Source of the DNA: Actinomycetes bacterium
Lineage (GTDB): Bacteria > Actinomycetota > Acidimicrobiia > Acidimicrobiales > JAKAVM01
Direction: 5' to 3'
DNA length: 60,895 nt
Assembly (NCBI GenBank): GCA_021817065.1
Contig: JAKAWH010000003.1
Location: 1 to 60,895 of the forward strand
Shown here: piece by piece, positions 1 to 9,739 of the stretch
Layout: every line of letters starts with the position of its first letter
Position numbering within the stretch: position 1 is the stretch's first letter
Notes under the pieces: model-generated
What the model saw: the letters and a program-made list of their open reading frames with translations, nothing else
Told to the model about the DNA's origin: nothing
Databases searched by the model: none
Made by a program: the position numbers and the translations under genes

Positions 1-2026
<2,026 letters not shown>

Positions 2027-2127
2027 TGGACACCTCCTCTCACATCGCCGGCGGATCCTGCCAGCCCTCTCCAGGGATGGGCGTCTCTTCGCGAATCGCC
2101 CGCCAACTCTGCCAGGTGGCGTGACAG

Positions 2128-2877
2128 GTGCACGGTCCTCGTCTGGCTCACGACCAGATCGGCAGCGGGCCGCGCCTTACCATGGTCCACGGGTTCACCC
2201 AGACGAGCCGGTGCTGGGGACCTTTCAGCGAAGCGCTGGCACATCGGCATGAGCTACTCACCGTAGACGCACCGGGCCACGGGCGCTCCTCCCATATCAG
2301 CGCCGCCCTTCCCGAGGCCGCCGCCCTCACCGTCGCCACCGGGGGGCGGGGGGCCTACCTCGGATATTCGATGGGTGCCCGGATCTGCCTGGCCGCCGCC
2401 CTCGACCATCCGCGGGAGGTCACCCGGCTCGTTCTCGTCTCGGGCTCCCCTGGGATCGCCGACCCCGCCGAGCGGAACGCCCGGCGGGAAGCCGACGAGG
2501 TGCTTGCCGATTCGATCGTCGAGGTGGAGACGTTCATCGACCGGTGGCTCATGCAGCCGCTTTTTGCGGGTCTCGATCCAGGGCGGGCGGAACGGAAGGC
2601 CCGCCTGGAGAACACCCCCGAGGGCCTGCGCTCCAGCCTCCGGATGTGCGGTGCCGGGGCCCAGGAGCCACTTTGGGGCCGCCTGAGCGAGCTGTCCATT
2701 CCAGTCCTGCTGGTGACCGGGTCAGACGATCCCAAGTACTGCTCCCTGGCCGAGGAGATGGTCGCGGGGATCGGCACGAATGCCTCACTGGCGGTGATTC
2801 CCGGTGCAGGACATACCGTTCACCTGGAGAAGCCGAGGGAGACCGCCGGAGCGGTGCTCGAGTTCCTCGCCAGGTAG
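2128..2877 (+). CDS. menH: alpha/beta hydrolase, probable SHCHC synthase
   Basis: 249 aa with HGF oxyanion motif (TMVHGFTQ), nucleophile elbow GYSMG and C-terminal GAGHTVHLEKP. It is divergent from menD inside the men cluster. GTG start. Confidence 0.7.
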   Translation: MHGPRLAHDQIGSGPRLTMVHGFTQTSRCWGPFSEALAHRHELLTVDAPGHGRSSHISAALPEAAALTVATGGRGAYLGYSMGARICLAAALDHPREVTRLVLVSGSPGIADPAERNARREADEVLADSIVEVETFIDRWLMQPLFAGLDPGRAERKARLENTPEGLRSSLRMCGAGAQEPLWGRLSELSIPVLLVTGSDDPKYCSLAEEMVAGIGTNASLAVIPGAGHTVHLEKPRETAGAVLEFLAR

Positions 2878-2927
2878 CCCGGGGAACCCTACACAGATGC
2901 TTTCTGTAGGCATGGTCAGGGCATCGC

Positions 2928-2960
2928 CGTATATCTGATTACCTTCCATTTGTATATAAT
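2928..2960 (+). promoter_or_regulatory. putative leaderless promoter/operator of the first TA pair
   Basis: TATAAT at 2955-2960 lies 7 nt upstream of the ATG at 2968, which is the spacing expected for a leaderless transcript. GTATAT direct repeats occur at 2928-2933 and 2952-2957. The region is locally AT-rich. Confidence 0.4.
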
Positions 2961-2967
2961 CAAGGCT

Positions 2968-3174
2968 ATGCCCAAGACCCTCGTCGACATCGATCCAGAC
3001 CTCCTGGAAGAGGCGAAGAAGGTGCTCGGCACCAAGACCATCAAGGACACGGTGAACGGGGCGATTGCCGAGATCGTATTGCGTGCTCGCCGCCGAGACT
3101 TCATTGAGTGGCTGAAATCAGATCCACTTCCAGATGCCCGCGATCCCGAAGTCATGAAGCAAGCGTGGCGATAG
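2968..3174 (+). CDS. vapB: type II antitoxin, VapB-like (DUF2191-type)
   Basis: MPKTLVDIDPDLLEEAKKVLGTKTIKDTVNGAIAEIV... is the typical N-terminus of VapB-family antitoxins. It overlaps the downstream PIN gene by 10 nt. The ORF-track start at 2950 (TTG) is less likely than the ATG at 2968. Confidence 0.75.
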   Translation: MPKTLVDIDPDLLEEAKKVLGTKTIKDTVNGAIAEIVLRARRRDFIEWLKSDPLPDARDPEVMKQAWR

Positions 3175-3587
3175 GACCCGAGGCGCTGGTCGACACATCT
3201 GCACTCACCCGGATCGGCAAGCCCGCAGTGGGTCTCGTTCTCGAACCGCTCATCAATCGCAATGGGCTTGTGACGTGTGCTCTGGTCGACCTTGAAATGC
3301 TTTACAGCGCCCGAAATGGGCGAGAATGGACTACAGCGCGCTCGAAACTGAGTCGGATTACCGCGGTACCGACCACCCCTGAGGTCTGCAACCGCGCCAT
3401 CGAAGTCCAGGGAATTCTGTGGAACAGTGGCCGGGTTCGCTCTGTGGGCATCGCCGATCTCCTCATCGCTGCGGCCGCGGAGACCGCCGGCCTACCGGTG
3501 CTCCACTACGACGCCGATTTCGACGTCATTGCGTCGGTGAGCGATCTGGAAAGTCGCTGGGTGGTCCCCGCCGGCACGGTCGACTAG
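3165..3587 (+). CDS. vapC: PIN-domain ribonuclease toxin VapC
   Basis: GTG at 3165 is in frame with track ORF 3108..3587. Acidic PIN residues are in the expected order (LVDTS, DLEML, IADLLIAA, HYDADF). Length is about 140 aa, directly downstream of the antitoxin. Confidence 0.8.
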   Translation: MAIGPEALVDTSALTRIGKPAVGLVLEPLINRNGLVTCALVDLEMLYSARNGREWTTARSKLSRITAVPTTPEVCNRAIEVQGILWNSGRVRSVGIADLLIAAAAETAGLPVLHYDADFDVIASVSDLESRWVVPAGTVD

Positions 3588-3668
3588 TACCGGGCCGATC
3601 CCCGCTGGAACGCACAGGACGGCCAGGAGTTGTTGCGGGTTCGGGAGCCTCACGCGGTGCCGTCAACT

Positions 3669-3707
3669 GTGGGTGCACTTTGCATGCGTGGGTGTACGGT
3701 GGGTGCA
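3669..3707 (+). promoter_or_regulatory. putative operator/leaderless promoter of the second TA pair
   Basis: There are three direct copies of GTGGGTG(C/T)A at 3669-3677, 3688-3696 and 3699-3707. The last copy ends on the A of the ATG. A TANNNT-type -10 (TACGGT, 3695-3700) lies 7 nt before the ATG at 3707. Confidence 0.4.
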
Positions 3708-3967
3708 TGGCCAAGATAATCCAGATCCGCAACGTGCCCGACGACCTCCACGACGCTCTCGCCGCCGCTGCCCGCAGCGAAGGGATATCGCTCAGCCGAT
3801 TCGCACAACGGGAACTGGCTGGTGCCGTCCGCAGGCGCCGAGCGATCGAGCAGAACATGGCGAGGATCAGACGAGCACGCCTGCAATCGGCCCGCAGCGG
3901 TAGGAAACCGGTGCCTTTGGACGAGATCACCGCGTCAATTCATGAAGGGCGCGACCGGCTCGAATGA
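3707..3967 (+). CDS. type II antitoxin, ribbon-helix-helix (FitA/Arc-like)
   Basis: MAKIIQIRNVPDDLHDALAAAARSEGISLSRFAQREL is the classic RHH antitoxin N-terminus. The ATG at 3707 lies inside the longer track ORF 3419..3967. It has an ATGA overlap with the downstream PIN gene. Confidence 0.75.
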   Translation: MAKIIQIRNVPDDLHDALAAAARSEGISLSRFAQRELAGAVRRRRAIEQNMARIRRARLQSARSGRKPVPLDEITASIHEGRDRLE

Positions 3968-4341
3968 TCGTCATCGACGCGGGTGCGGCCATCGCAGCAT
4001 CCCTCGGCCAGGTCGATGAGAATATTTCACTGCGAGACGAACTGGCAGCACCGCACCTCATCGATTCTGAGGTGCTAAACGGCCTGCGCAACCTGGTCCT
4101 GCGTGCGGCCATCACGGCCGAGGACGGGGAACGTGCGGTGTCCATCTTCGCCCAGATCGAAATCGAGCGGTACCCGGCCGCATGGTTACGGAAGAGGATA
4201 TGGGAGCTGCGCCACTGCCTCACCGCCTACGACGCCACCTACGTCGCCCTCACCGAGCGACTGGACGCCGACCGGCTGCTGACGACCGACGCCAGATTGA
4301 GCCGGGCTCCAGGTATCCGCTGTTCGGTCGCCGTGGTCTAA
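3964..4341 (+). CDS. vapC: PIN-domain toxin VapC (second copy, unrelated sequence)
   Basis: 125 aa: MIVIDAGAAIAASLG..., with acidic residues at VIDAG, DSEVLNGL, YDATYVAL and TTDARL. It is translationally coupled to the upstream antitoxin. Confidence 0.8.
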   Translation: MIVIDAGAAIAASLGQVDENISLRDELAAPHLIDSEVLNGLRNLVLRAAITAEDGERAVSIFAQIEIERYPAAWLRKRIWELRHCLTAYDATYVALTERLDADRLLTTDARLSRAPGIRCSVAVV

Positions 4342-4450
4342 TCGCCTCGCGCTGGAGTCTCGTGCGCGACGCTGATCCTGCTCCAGGCCCCCCGCCGTGA
4401 CTCAGCCCGGGGCCACCGGAACCGGGGGTCGGGGCGGGAAGCACCCGGAT

Positions 4451-5737
4451 TCATCCGACGTGAGGAAGAGCCCCCACCCGGGAGGCGTCAACCCTGTCTC
4501 CGTCCACTTCCACCCCCAGGCCCGTCCCCGCCGGTACCGCGATTTCACCGCCTTCGACACTGAGGGGTGGCGACACCAGGTCCTCCGCGAAGTAAAAATC
4601 CGAGCTGGCCATGTCTCCCGGCAGGGTGAATCCAGGCTGGGAGGCGAGAGCCAGGTTGGCCGCGCGGCCGATCCCCAGTTCGTGCATTCCCCCGCACCAG
4701 GCATCGATCCCGTGCTCCCGGCACACCGCCAGCAGGTCCAGGGCAGCGGTGAGTCCACCCAAACGGGGAGCTTTTAGCGATACAGCCCGGCAAGAGCCCA
4801 GTGTGATCGCCGCCTCCAGGGCATGGACCGAGGTGATCGCTTCGTCGAGGGCCACCGCTGTTGCCAGGAACTCCTGGAGCCGGGCATGTCCCACCAGGTC
4901 GTCATCGCCCAATGGCTGCTCGATGGCCATCAAGCCCAGGCCATCCAGATCGGCCAGCGCCGCCAGATGCGCAGGATCATCGAAGCGGTAGGCCCCGTTG
5001 GCGTCGGCCACCACAATTAGGGCGGGATGTCGTTCCCGAACCGCCCCGACCACCTGGACATCGCATCCGGGAGCAATCTTGATCTTCACCCGCCGGTAAC
5101 CGGCGGCTACGCACTCGTCGACCCGTCGAAGAATAACGCCGAGGTCGTCCTCCGTCCCCAAGGCCGCTCCTGCGGGAACCCGGGGAGCCGGACGAAGAGA
5201 ACCGGTGGGAACCCGGGGAGCCGGACGAAGAGAACCGGTGGGAACCCGGGGAGCCGGACGAAGAGAACCGGTGGGAACCTTGGAGGCGGGGCGCCCTCCT
5301 GCGAGGTCCGCATAACCAGACAGTGCCAGGGCGAGCGGCAGCCCCTCCGCCCGGCACCACAGGTCCCATGCCGCCATCTCCACCGCCGATCGGGCCAGCG
5401 AGTTCCCCTTCACTCGGAGGAGGGCCCGAGCGACGTCGGAAGGGTGCTCCCAGTCGACACCCACCACCAGAGGTGCCAGGTAGTCGTTGATCACCGTGAG
5501 AGCCGAGCCGGGAGTCTCCCCCACGTAGTAGGGATCGACCGGCGTGGGTGCCTCTCCCCATCCTTCCTCACCGCCCAGCCCGACTAAGTGGACGAGCGGA
5601 TGCCTCACCGAGGTGGTGGTGGATGACGAAGACCGGAAGCTCCGACGGAGCGGCACCTCGACCAGGAAAAGGTCGACCTTGGAAATCCTCACCGACCCGG
5701 ACCGGCCAGCTCTCCCCGAAGCGGCCCGGTCGCCCAC
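4451..5737 (-). CDS. menC: o-succinylbenzoate synthase (enolase superfamily) carrying an internal 3x11-aa repeat
   Basis: Enolase-superfamily motifs are present: VKIKIAPG, VADANGAY, AIEQPLGDDD. It lies in the men cluster. The start is uncertain: GTG at 5737, or GTG at 5692 (VRISKVDLFLVEVPL). It contains VPTGSLRPAPR x3. Confidence 0.8.
   Translation of the reverse strand: MGDRAASGRAGRSGSVRISKVDLFLVEVPLRRSFRSSSSTTTSVRHPLVHLVGLGGEEGWGEAPTPVDPYYVGETPGSALTVINDYLAPLVVGVDWEHPSDVARALLRVKGNSLARSAVEMAAWDLWCRAEGLPLALALSGYADLAGGRPASKVPTGSLRPAPRVPTGSLRPAPRVPTGSLRPAPRVPAGAALGTEDDLGVILRRVDECVAAGYRRVKIKIAPGCDVQVVGAVRERHPALIVVADANGAYRFDDPAHLAALADLDGLGLMAIEQPLGDDDLVGHARLQEFLATAVALDEAITSVHALEAAITLGSCRAVSLKAPRLGGLTAALDLLAVCREHGIDAWCGGMHELGIGRAANLALASQPGFTLPGDMASSDFYFAEDLVSPPLSVEGGEIAVPAGTGLGVEVDGDRVDASRVGALPHVG
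5174..5279. repeat. perfect 33-bp tandem repeat, 3.2 copies, in frame inside menC
   Basis: The unit gggaacccggggagccggacgaagagaaccggt occurs at 5174, 5207 and 5240, with a partial copy at 5273-5279. All copies are identical. Confidence 0.95.
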
Positions 5738-5823
5738 ACCGCGCCGAGACGACTAGTCCGGCGGCGAGGAGGGCCCGCCTTCACCGCGCCGAGACGACTA
5801 GTCCGGCGGCGAGAAGGGCCCCG
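5737..5823. repeat. 45-bp-period direct duplication of the menA 3' end
   Basis: caccgcgccgagacgactagtccggcggcgag is present at 5737-5768 and 5782-5813, and the following ~9 nt are also similar. Copy 2 holds the last 10 codons of menA plus its stop. Copy 1 lies in the menA-menC spacer. Confidence 0.9.
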
Positions 5824-6701
5824 AAAGCGATCTGGAACCTCCCGGTCTCCCCGAGCACCGCCACCAGGGACCGGCCCGATGCTCCGGTGAGGACCTGCCT
5901 GACCGGGCCAACTGCGAACACCGAACCTGCGAGGACCAGGAGGGCCCACCCCGCGTCGAAGAGCACCGCCAGGACTGCCACCAGGGCAAACGGAAGCAGG
6001 CAGCAGGCCGCGTACAGAGCCCGGGTACGAGACGCGCCCAACCGGACCGCCAGGGTCGTCTTGCCCGCCCGCGCATCCCCCTCGATGTCGCGCAAGTTGT
6101 TGGTGACCAGAAGGGCGACCGCCAAGAGCCCGACCGCTCCGGAGGCCAGCAGCGACATGACCGAGAACCTGCCCGCCACCACGTACGCGGTCCCGACCGT
6201 CGCCACCACCCCGAAGAAGACGAAGACGGCAAGCTCACCGAAGCCCGCATAGCCGTACGGGTGGGAGCCGCCAGTGTAGAACCATCCCGCAGCGATACAG
6301 AGTATCCCTATGGCGATCAGCCAGGGCGCTCTCCAGGCCGAGAGCGCGATGCCTGCGAGAGAGCCGACCCCGAAGCTGGCCAGAGCGGCGCGCTTGACCG
6401 CGGCTGGAACCGCAAGGCCGGATGCCACCAAGCGCACCGGACCGACCCGGTCGGCGTCGGTCCCCCGGAGCCCGTCGGAATAGTCGTTCGCATAATTGAC
6501 CCCCACCTGCATAGAAAGGGCCACCGCCAGGGCTAGAGCGGTGGCGAGCCAGGAGCTCGCCGACCAGGACGACGGGAACCTGTCGAAAGCGACCGCGGCC
6601 CCCACCACCACCGGCACCACCGCGGCTGGGAGGGTCCGGGGACGGGCACCCGCCACCCACACGGAAACTGGGGTGGTCACGGCCGCCTCGGCCTGCAACA
6701 T
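5781..6701 (-). CDS. menA: 1,4-dihydroxy-2-naphthoate polyprenyltransferase
   Basis: 306 aa polytopic UbiA-family protein with NDYSDGLRGTD (NxxxD motif), located in the men cluster. Confidence 0.88.
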   Translation of the reverse strand: MLQAEAAVTTPVSVWVAGARPRTLPAAVVPVVVGAAVAFDRFPSSWSASSWLATALALAVALSMQVGVNYANDYSDGLRGTDADRVGPVRLVASGLAVPAAVKRAALASFGVGSLAGIALSAWRAPWLIAIGILCIAAGWFYTGGSHPYGYAGFGELAVFVFFGVVATVGTAYVVAGRFSVMSLLASGAVGLLAVALLVTNNLRDIEGDARAGKTTLAVRLGASRTRALYAACCLLPFALVAVLAVLFDAGWALLVLAGSVFAVGPVRQVLTGASGRSLVAVLGETGRFQIAFGALLAAGLVVSAR

Positions 6702-6773
6702 GGTCCCGTGCTCGGCCTCACGGCCGCCTCGGCCTGCAACATGGTCCCGTGCTCGGCCTCACGGCCGCCTCGG
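6677..6773. repeat. perfect 41-bp tandem repeat, 2.4 copies, spanning the menB stop and menA start
   Basis: The unit tcacggccgcctcggcctgcaacatggtcccgtgctcggcc occurs at 6677 and 6718, with a partial copy at 6759-6773. Each full unit holds a TGA, a 16-nt spacer and an ATG (minus strand). Confidence 0.95.
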
Positions 6774-7631
6774 GAACTTGGAAAAATCCGGTGGGCGCTT
6801 CTCGACGTAGGCGTTGCGTCCCTCCTGCCCCTCTTCGCTCATGTAGAAAAGCATGGTGGCGTCTCCGGCGAGTTGCTGGATACCGGCCAATCCATCGTCG
6901 GCGGCGTTGAAGCCCGCCTTCAACATCCGCAGGGCGATCGGCGAGAGCGCCAGCATCTCCTGGCACCACGACACCGTTTCCTCCTCCAGCGCCTCCACCG
7001 CCACCACCGTGTTGACCAGCCCCATGGCAAGAGCCTGCTCGGCACCGTACTGCCGGCAGAGGAACCAGATCTCCTTGGCCCGCTTGGTCCCGATCGTACG
7101 AGCGAGCAGTCCCGACCCGTAGCCCCCGTCGAAGCTCCCCACCTTGGGACCGGTCTGGCCGAACACCGCGTTGTCCCCGGCGATGGTCAGATCGCACACC
7201 AGGTGGAGTACGTGCCCGCCGCCGACCGCGTACCCGGCCACCATCGCCACCACCGGCTTCGGGAGCCGCCGGATCTGGATCTGCAGGTCGAGCACGTTGA
7301 GCCGCCCGATCCCCGCCTTGGCCACCTTGTCATCGCCCAGGTACCCGTCTTTACCCCGGATCCGCTGGTCTCCGCCGGAGCAGAATGCCTGGCTCCCCTC
7401 CCCGGTGAATATCACCACCCCGATGCCGGGATCGTCCCGGGCCTCGGTGAAAGCATCCGACAGTTCGAAAAGGGTCTGCGGCCGAAAGGCGTTGCGCACC
7501 TCCGGACGGTCGATGGTGATCTTGGCGATCCCGGTGGCAGTCTCGTATCGGATGTCGGAGTAGCCCCTGTCGAGCCCCTCCCACGCCGCACCGGGCCGGA
7601 TCAACCGTATGTCGTCACTCGAAGTGCTCAT
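6759..7631 (-). CDS. menB: 1,4-dihydroxy-2-naphthoyl-CoA synthase
   Basis: 290 aa crotonase-fold protein: [31 protein letters not shown], and a C-terminal FPRRP typical of MenB. Confidence 0.9.
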   Translation of the reverse strand: MSTSSDDIRLIRPGAAWEGLDRGYSDIRYETATGIAKITIDRPEVRNAFRPQTLFELSDAFTEARDDPGIGVVIFTGEGSQAFCSGGDQRIRGKDGYLGDDKVAKAGIGRLNVLDLQIQIRRLPKPVVAMVAGYAVGGGHVLHLVCDLTIAGDNAVFGQTGPKVGSFDGGYGSGLLARTIGTKRAKEIWFLCRQYGAEQALAMGLVNTVVAVEALEEETVSWCQEMLALSPIALRMLKAGFNAADDGLAGIQQLAGDATMLFYMSEEGQEGRNAYVEKRPPDFSKFPRRP

Positions 7632-7709
7632 CTGACCGGCATACCCTAGTGATCCATGGCATGTCTTGTCGCCCTGGCCGGGGACTTACCGAACGTGGCC
7701 GGATAGCCG

Positions 7710-8906
7710 GTGCCCCGCCTTGTCGCCCTGGCCATGCCGGGAGGCGATCTCCTGGTCGACAACTTGCGGCGGGTGTGGGACCGTGGCGACGCGGCCTTGG
7801 TCGTCGACATCCGCCTGTCCCCCGCCACCCGGCACGACCTCATAGATGAGCTGGCCGCCAGCACGGTGGTGGACGAGTACGGCTCGGAAACTCCCCTCGG
7901 TGGAGGCCGGTCGGTCGAGGAGGGCGACGCCCTGGTGGTCGCGACCAGCGGCACCACCGGTAAGCCGAAGGGCGCCGTCCTCACCCACCGGGCAATTGCC
8001 CAGCATGCTCGCTCGTCCACTGCACGCCTCATGGTCGACCCTGACCGGGACCGGTGGCTTGCCTGCCTCCCCCTCGCCCACGTGGGAGGACTTTCGGTGG
8101 TCACCCGGGCGCTGGTCACCGGAACACCCCTCACCGTTCTGCCGGGATTCGACCGCGACGCGGTGGAAGTCGCCGCACGGAATGGAGCGAACCTGGTCTC
8201 CCTGGTACCGACTACCCTCGCCCGGATCGAACCGGCGCTCTTCCGGAAGATTCTCCTGGGTGGTTCGACACCTCCCGAGTTGCCCCCTCCCAATGCGGTC
8301 ACCACCTACGGGATGACCGAGTCGGGTGGCGGAGTGGTGTACGACGGGATCCCCTTCGACGGAGTTGAGATCAAGATCACTGGAACCCGGGAGGGGAGCA
8401 GCGGCGAAGAGGGGAGCGGCGGCGGAAAAGGCGCAGGCGAGATCCTCCTGCGCTCGCCTACCCTCGCCCGCTGCTACCGGACTGTTCGGGAAGATCTGCC
8501 GGTGGCTGGCCCAGGTGGCTGGTACGCCACTGGCGACGTCGGCTCGCTGAGCGAAACCGACGGAACCAAAAAGCTCGCCGTTCACGGTCGGGCCGACGAG
8601 ATGATCGTCACCGGTGGCGAGAACGTTTGGCCAGCTCCGATTGAAGCGCTACTTGCCGCGCACCCCGGGATTGCCGACGCTGCCGTCGCCGGCCATCCCG
8701 ATCCGGAATGGGGACAGAAGGTGGTCGCCTACCTCGTCCCGGCCGACCCCACCGCACCCCCCACCATCGACTCGATTCGCAGCTGGGTAAAGGAACGGCT
8801 CTCCCCCTGGGCAGCGCCGCGGGAGATCGTGCTGGCGCGCAAGATTCCCAGGACGGAATCGGGCAAGATCCGAAGGAAGTCCCTGAGCTATCCGACTCCC
8901 CCATGA
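7710..8906 (+). CDS. menE: o-succinylbenzoate-CoA ligase
   Basis: 398 aa short adenylate-forming enzyme with TSGTTGKPKGAV, in the men cluster. GTG start. It contains a Gly/Ser/Glu-rich insert encoded by an imperfect 18-bp duplication at 8391-8427. Confidence 0.8.
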   Translation: MPRLVALAMPGGDLLVDNLRRVWDRGDAALVVDIRLSPATRHDLIDELAASTVVDEYGSETPLGGGRSVEEGDALVVATSGTTGKPKGAVLTHRAIAQHARSSTARLMVDPDRDRWLACLPLAHVGGLSVVTRALVTGTPLTVLPGFDRDAVEVAARNGANLVSLVPTTLARIEPALFRKILLGGSTPPELPPPNAVTTYGMTESGGGVVYDGIPFDGVEIKITGTREGSSGEEGSGGGKGAGEILLRSPTLARCYRTVREDLPVAGPGGWYATGDVGSLSETDGTKKLAVHGRADEMIVTGGENVWPAPIEALLAAHPGIADAAVAGHPDPEWGQKVVAYLVPADPTAPPTIDSIRSWVKERLSPWAAPREIVLARKIPRTESGKIRRKSLSYPTPP

Positions 8907-9670
8907 CCTCCGACCAGAGCCCCGCCGTCGATCACCAACGTGTGGCCGGTCATCCATTCGGACGCGTCGGAGACGAGATAGAGGGCGGCCGACGCGATGT
9001 CTTCGGGCACTCCCAGGCGGCGGCGAGGAAGGCGAGATGCAACCGCTTCCTCCAGGGGCTCCCACAACGACCGAGCGAAATCGGTCTTGACCAGGCCCGG
9101 GGCGATCGCGTTGACCCGAACCAACGGAGCCAGCTCGTAGGCCAGCTGGCGGGTGAGATGGATCACCGCCGCCTTGGTCACGTTGTAGTACCCGATCATC
9201 GGTTCGACGGCCATCCCTCCGATCGAGGCGATGTTGAGGATGGAGCCCCCGAACTGGCTCATCCGGGCCCGCCAGGCCGCCTGCGACCACACCAGTAACG
9301 CCCGCTGGTTCACCTGCACGGTCTTGTCGGCGCGGGGAAGGTCGATGTCGATCATCGGCCCCATGTAGGGATTGGTGGCCGCGTTGTTGACCAGGATGTC
9401 CAGGGCACCGAATCGCTCGATGGTCGCCGCCACACATGCTTCCGCCTGCTCCGGGTCCCCTGCATTGGCAGCAAACCAACCTACCTCCCCAACGGGCCGA
9501 TCGGCCGGAGCCGGCGTGATCTCGGCGGCCGCACTTTTCAAGGATTCCTCCTTGCGCGACGAGATCATCACCCGCGCTCCCGATGCTGCGAATTCGGCGG
9601 CGATCGCCTTGCCGATGCCACGCGATCCACCGGTTACCAGTGCGACTTTGCCGTCGAGCCTGAGTTCCAC
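8888..9670 (-). CDS. SDR-family oxidoreductase (FabG-like)
   Basis: 260 aa with TGGSRGIG cofactor motif and YNVTKAA (YxxxK). Confidence 0.8.
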   Translation of the reverse strand: MELRLDGKVALVTGGSRGIGKAIAAEFAASGARVMISSRKEESLKSAAAEITPAPADRPVGEVGWFAANAGDPEQAEACVAATIERFGALDILVNNAATNPYMGPMIDIDLPRADKTVQVNQRALLVWSQAAWRARMSQFGGSILNIASIGGMAVEPMIGYYNVTKAAVIHLTRQLAYELAPLVRVNAIAPGLVKTDFARSLWEPLEEAVASRLPRRRLGVPEDIASAALYLVSDASEWMTGHTLVIDGGALVGGHGGVG

Positions 9671-9739
9671 GGGCCCAACCCTAGGCTAGGTGACGATGAA
9701 AAGGCTCCGCAGGGAAACCCACACCCCGGCTCGGCAGCC

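Noticed and set aside
2888-2910. Hairpin CCTACA-N11-TGTAGG after menH as a terminator.
   Set aside because: It has only a 6-bp, AT-containing stem with a large loop and no U-tract. It is too weak to annotate.
7662-7732. 15-nt direct repeat cttgtcgccctggcc at 7662 and 7718, in the menB-menE divergent region and the menE 5' end.
   Set aside because: It is a single short repeat with a 56-bp offset and no further flanking similarity. It could be chance in GC-rich DNA or a small remnant of duplication, and is too weak to interpret.
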